Shown: in pieces, positions 8,180-11,068 of the stretch
How the letters are laid out: each line of letters starts with the position of its first letter
Numbering within the stretch: position 1 is the stretch's first letter
Assembly (NCBI GenBank): GCA_005191425.1
Contig: SUPR01000103.1
Location: 1 to 11,068, forward strand
Source: Candidatus Helarchaeota ASGARD archaeon Hel_GB_B
GTDB lineage: Archaea; Asgardarchaeota; Lokiarchaeia; Helarchaeales; HEL-GB-B
Direction of reading: 5' to 3'
DNA: 11,068 nt
Program-made: the position numbers and the translations under genes
Notes under the pieces: generated by a model
Told to the model about the DNA's origin: nothing
Databases searched by the model: none
What the model saw: only the letters and a program-made list of their open reading frames with translations

Positions 8180-8197
8180 GAGAAAAAATTTTTTCTC
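8180..8197. repeat. Perfect 18-bp palindrome GAGAAAAAATTTTTTCTC
   Basis: Read directly: GAG-A6-T6-CTC, 37-54 nt upstream of the MFS start. Confidence 0.8.
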
Positions 8198-8312
8198 TGA
8201 AATTTTCTATATTTCTTGAAATTTTTAAATTAATATCCTTAAAACATTAGCATTAATTTCAAATTTTTCTAAATAAAAAAATATTTATATTTTTTCTAAT
8301 TAATAGAAACAT

Positions 8313-8331
8313 CGGAAAAGAATTTATTAAA
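8313..8331 (+). promoter_or_regulatory. Candidate BRE-TATA promoter (CGGAAAAGAA-TTTATTAAA) upstream of rpoK
   Basis: A purine-rich BRE-like segment directly before a TATA-like element. A second candidate is at 8414-8429 (TAAAAGTA-TTTATAAA). SD GGTGA is at 8490-8494. Confidence 0.35.
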
Positions 8332-8503
8332 TATTTTAATTAGTCAAAAATAAAGTTAAAAAATTTTGACATATTTATCCGAATCAAATATTCCTTACAA
8401 AATCCAAAAATTTTAAAAGTATTTATAAATCTTAAATATACAAATTTCACTAAAAATAATTACTAGTTTTAATGGTTTTTTTATTAAATGGTGATAATTC
8501 ATC

Positions 8504-8854
8504 GTGCCAAAAAAGAAATCAACATCAAAAAGTACCAAGAAAATCTCTTCAAAAAAAGAGGATATGGACAAGAGTTCTGAGGATGAAACTGGTTTTAAAA
8601 TAGTAATTGGTCCTGATCATTTAACAAGATTCGAGCGTTCAAGAATAATTGGAGCTATAGCTTTACAAATAAGTATGGGGGCTCCTATATTAATTGATTT
8701 AGAAGAAGAATATAATATCGACCCAATTGAAGTGGCTATTCTCGAATTAGAAGCAGATGTCCTACCTTTAACTATTAGACGAACTACTCCAAGTGGTGAT
8801 TATCAAGATATCCCCTTATCTATCTTATTAAAAAGTCCATTAAGTTTTGGTTAA
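8504..8854 (+). CDS. rpoK: DNA-directed RNA polymerase subunit Rpo6 (RpoK; RPB6/omega family)
   Basis: LTRFERSRIIGAIALQISMGAP, DPIEVAILEL and LPLTIRR motifs. GTG start 9 nt after GGTGA. Confidence 0.95.
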   Translation: MPKKKSTSKSTKKISSKKEDMDKSSEDETGFKIVIGPDHLTRFERSRIIGAIALQISMGAPILIDLEEEYNIDPIEVAILELEADVLPLTIRRTTPSGDYQDIPLSILLKSPLSFG

Positions 8855-8885
8855 AAAAATATTTATATAATTTTATCTTATTTCC

Positions 8886-8894
8886 TTTTTTTTT
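8886..8894 (+). terminator. T9 tract downstream of rpoK
   Basis: TTTTTTTTT about 32 nt after the stop codon. Confidence 0.45.
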
Positions 8895-9112
8895 AAAATT
8901 CTGCTGGTTCTTTTTAGTAATAATTTCATTTAATATTTTAGTCATAATAATTTTTTAAATATTTTCTGGTTTGAGTAGGTAAAATTAGGTAATTTTTTCC
9001 AAATTCTTTTATTGAGTAATTAATCAAAAAATTTTCTAATATTTGGTTATTTATTCAAAGTAAAATTGAAGGTAAAATAAAAAAGAAAAATGCATGATTA
9101 GGTAGAATTCTT

Positions 9113-9673
9113 TTGAGAAATTACATCATTACTAATATCAAACTTAAAGATGGTCAACCACTAATAATTAGGCGTGGATTAAGGAGGGATCTTGACGCAA
9201 TTTGGAATATTTTCAATGTAGTAGTGTCTGAGCGGCGATTTATACCCGTATTTAATACGGTAAAATCTGAATTTGAAAAACAAAGTTGGTATTTACGGAT
9301 GCGCGAGCAACAAAATTTAATTTTAGTCGCAGAAATTGACAATAAAGTAGTTGGTGAGTTAACAATAGAACATCTTGATTGGGATGCTAGTAGTCATGTG
9401 GGTGAATTGGGAATTATTATCTTACCTAAATATCGTTTCATGGGTATTGGATCAGAATTAATTAAAAATTGTCTTGAGATTGTAAAAAAAGAAAATCTGT
9501 TCAAAAAAATCTGTTTAAGTTGTTTTCATAACAATTATGTAGCCCTCAATATCTACAAGAAATTCGGATTTAAGCAGATTGGAAAAAGAGAAAAACAATA
9601 TTATATAAATGGTGAATGGATAGACGAAATCCTTTTTGAAAAAATATTGGATACTCAATTATTTACTAATTAA
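9113..9673 (+). CDS. GNAT-family N-acetyltransferase
   Basis: LKDGQPLIIR, LVAEIDNKVVG, acetyl-CoA motif A (ILPKYRFMGIGSEL), NYVALNIYKKFGF and YYINGEWIDEILFEK. TTG start with AGGTAG upstream. Confidence 0.92.
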   Translation: MRNYIITNIKLKDGQPLIIRRGLRRDLDAIWNIFNVVVSERRFIPVFNTVKSEFEKQSWYLRMREQQNLILVAEIDNKVVGELTIEHLDWDASSHVGELGIIILPKYRFMGIGSELIKNCLEIVKKENLFKKICLSCFHNNYVALNIYKKFGFKQIGKREKQYYINGEWIDEILFEKILDTQLFTN

Positions 9674-9770
9674 TTTTATTAAGAATTTTTGAAATATCTT
9701 ATCTTCTTATAATCATCATTATCATATTAATATTTAATAATAGATCATATTTATCTCAAGGTTTATCAAA

Positions 9771-11068
9771 ATGGTAAAACTTACTAAATTCAAATCTATA
9801 AAAGTAGATAAGAAAAGGGTTTTAATTTTATTTATCATTACTTTAATAATACTTTCTCCTATTATATGGTTTTTTAATGTAGCAGGTTATTTCTTCTATG
9901 CGCTAAATGAATATACCGAATTTAATAATAACTTATATCTTTATTATAATTCAAATTATTTACCAACATTTCAGACCCCAAATTATTCTCAATTATATAA
10001 TAAATCAATTTGGCATGGTTATTTTCAAAGGAAATATCATTTACCATTAGATACAATTGTTGATGTTTCTTTTGGTGGGCCATATCCTAACGTGACAGTA
10101 AAAAGATACTCTGGGATGGGTGATAGTCCTATATGGACGGGTTATTTTATTGCAAGCGAAGCATTTAGATACGCAGTAACGAGAAATAAAAGTGCCCTTA
10201 ATCAAATAAATAAGGCATGCTTGGGCATTAAAAGATTAATTACCATTAGTGGTGAACCCGGTTATTTAGTCAGATTTGCGGTGCCCTATAATTCTACATA
10301 TATTAATGACCCTAAATGGAGTAGCTTTTTTAGTCCAAGCCATAATATGTTTAATATTACATACAAAAATACCACGTGGTGGGTCGAAGATAAGACAAGT
10401 CGCGACCAAAATATTGGCGTTATGTTTGGACTTGGACTGGCATATTACTTATTAAAAGACGACCCAACGCCTAAAGCTAAAGAAATTTGCGATTTAATTA
10501 GGACTAATGTTGAGATGCTCCTTGACTATTATATTAAAGTCAATTGGATTATAGTAGACAAGAATGGTAATTCTTTAATGGGCGCTGATTTTAAGTCTGG
10601 GCTATTCTTTATGGGCCCTGGGACTGTTGCCATCTTGGCTTTCCTCAAGATTGGTGCACTTGTTGACCCGGCAAAATACAATCAAATGTACATTGACTAT
10701 GCCGTCAATAGAGGTTATGCTATGCAAATCTTAGATAGTTCTGATTGGAATGTCAATTGGCAATATTATGCTTTTAATCTTAATCACGCTACTACGTTAG
10801 TTTTACTCCTTCTTGAAAAAAATCCAGAATTAAAAGCAATCTATCAAAAAGCATATGAACTTAATTTATGGCGCCTGGTAAAATATCATAGGAATGCGTA
10901 TTTTAATTTAATTTATGCCATTATTTTTGATTTAATTGGCCAGAATGTTACATATATTGATAAAGGAAATGTCCTTTACCCTATTAAAGACATGCTAGAT
11001 GCTCTTCAAAGATATTCTAATGCCCCTCGTCGTAGCTGGTACGTTAATAATAGTGGTAGATCTATTAT
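9771..11068 (+). CDS. Partial (>432 aa) membrane-anchored, probably extracellular protein; possible alpha/alpha-barrel (six-hairpin glycosidase-like) fold
   Basis: Hand translation from ATG 9771 (AGGT 8 nt upstream) has no stop to the window end. Basic N-terminus MVKLTKFKSIKVDKKR, then a hydrophobic helix VLILFIITLIILSPIIWFF, followed by motifs GDSPIWTGYFIASEAFRYAVT, SGEPGYLVR and WWVEDKTSRDQ. The CDS call is strong; the fold call is inference. Confidence 0.88.
   Translation, partial: MVKLTKFKSIKVDKKRVLILFIITLIILSPIIWFFNVAGYFFYALNEYTEFNNNLYLYYNSNYLPTFQTPNYSQLYNKSIWHGYFQRKYHLPLDTIVDVSFGGPYPNVTVKRYSGMGDSPIWTGYFIASEAFRYAVTRNKSALNQINKACLGIKRLITISGEPGYLVRFAVPYNSTYINDPKWSSFFSPSHNMFNITYKNTTWWVEDKTSRDQNIGVMFGLGLAYYLLKDDPTPKAKEICDLIRTNVEMLLDYYIKVNWIIVDKNGNSLMGADFKSGLFFMGPGTVAILAFLKIGALVDPAKYNQMYIDYAVNRGYAMQILDSSDWNVNWQYYAFNLNHATTLVLLLLEKNPELKAIYQKAYELNLWRLVKYHRNAYFNLIYAIIFDLIGQNVTYIDKGNVLYPIKDMLDALQRYSNAPRRSWYVNNSGRSI

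Noticed and set aside
8819-8945. 41-aa minus-strand ORF (MTKILNEIITKKNQQNFKKK...) overlapping the rpoK 3' end
   Set aside because: Composition reflects AT-rich spacer DNA, with no SD and no motif.
9154-9342. 62-aa minus-strand ORF from the track
   Set aside because: Antisense shadow of the GNAT gene.
9771-11068. Slightly more C-ending and CGN codons in the right-edge ORF, suggesting horizontal transfer
   Set aside because: By eye the difference from the thermosome gene is small, and there are no mobility genes or boundary repeats. A proper codon-usage test would be needed.
1-11068. CRISPR arrays, tRNA/rRNA/sRNA genes, IS elements and defence systems
   Set aside because: I found no spaced repeats, GC-rich structured islands, tRNA motifs, transposase ORFs or terminal inverted repeats. 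All intergenic regions are AT-rich spacers.

Overview
AT-rich (roughly 30% GC, estimated by eye) archaeal chromosomal segment, probably from an Asgard archaeon. That assignment is an inference from the group II chaperonin, a long TACK/Asgard-type Rpo6, an Ftr-family gene and the low GC. Gene order: partial ORF running off the left edge (-), thermosome subunit (+), Ftr-family formyltransferase of a divergent Ftr-like type (+), MBL-fold hydrolase (-), cis-prenyltransferase UppS (+), CrtI/COG1233-type FAD oxidoreductase (-), MFS transporter (-), RNA polymerase subunit Rpo6/RpoK (+), GNAT acetyltransferase (+), and a >432-codon membrane-anchored, sequon-rich ORF running off the right edge (+). Both edge ORFs are missing from the supplied ORF track and were translated by hand. 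I saw no RNA genes, CRISPR arrays, transposases or clear defence systems. This is mostly housekeeping and metabolic sequence. The best leads are the unannotated right-edge surface protein, the divergent Ftr-like paralogue, the atypical Rpo6, a possible MFS plus FAD-oxidoreductase lipid/isoprenoid module, and a kinase-like fragment at the left edge.
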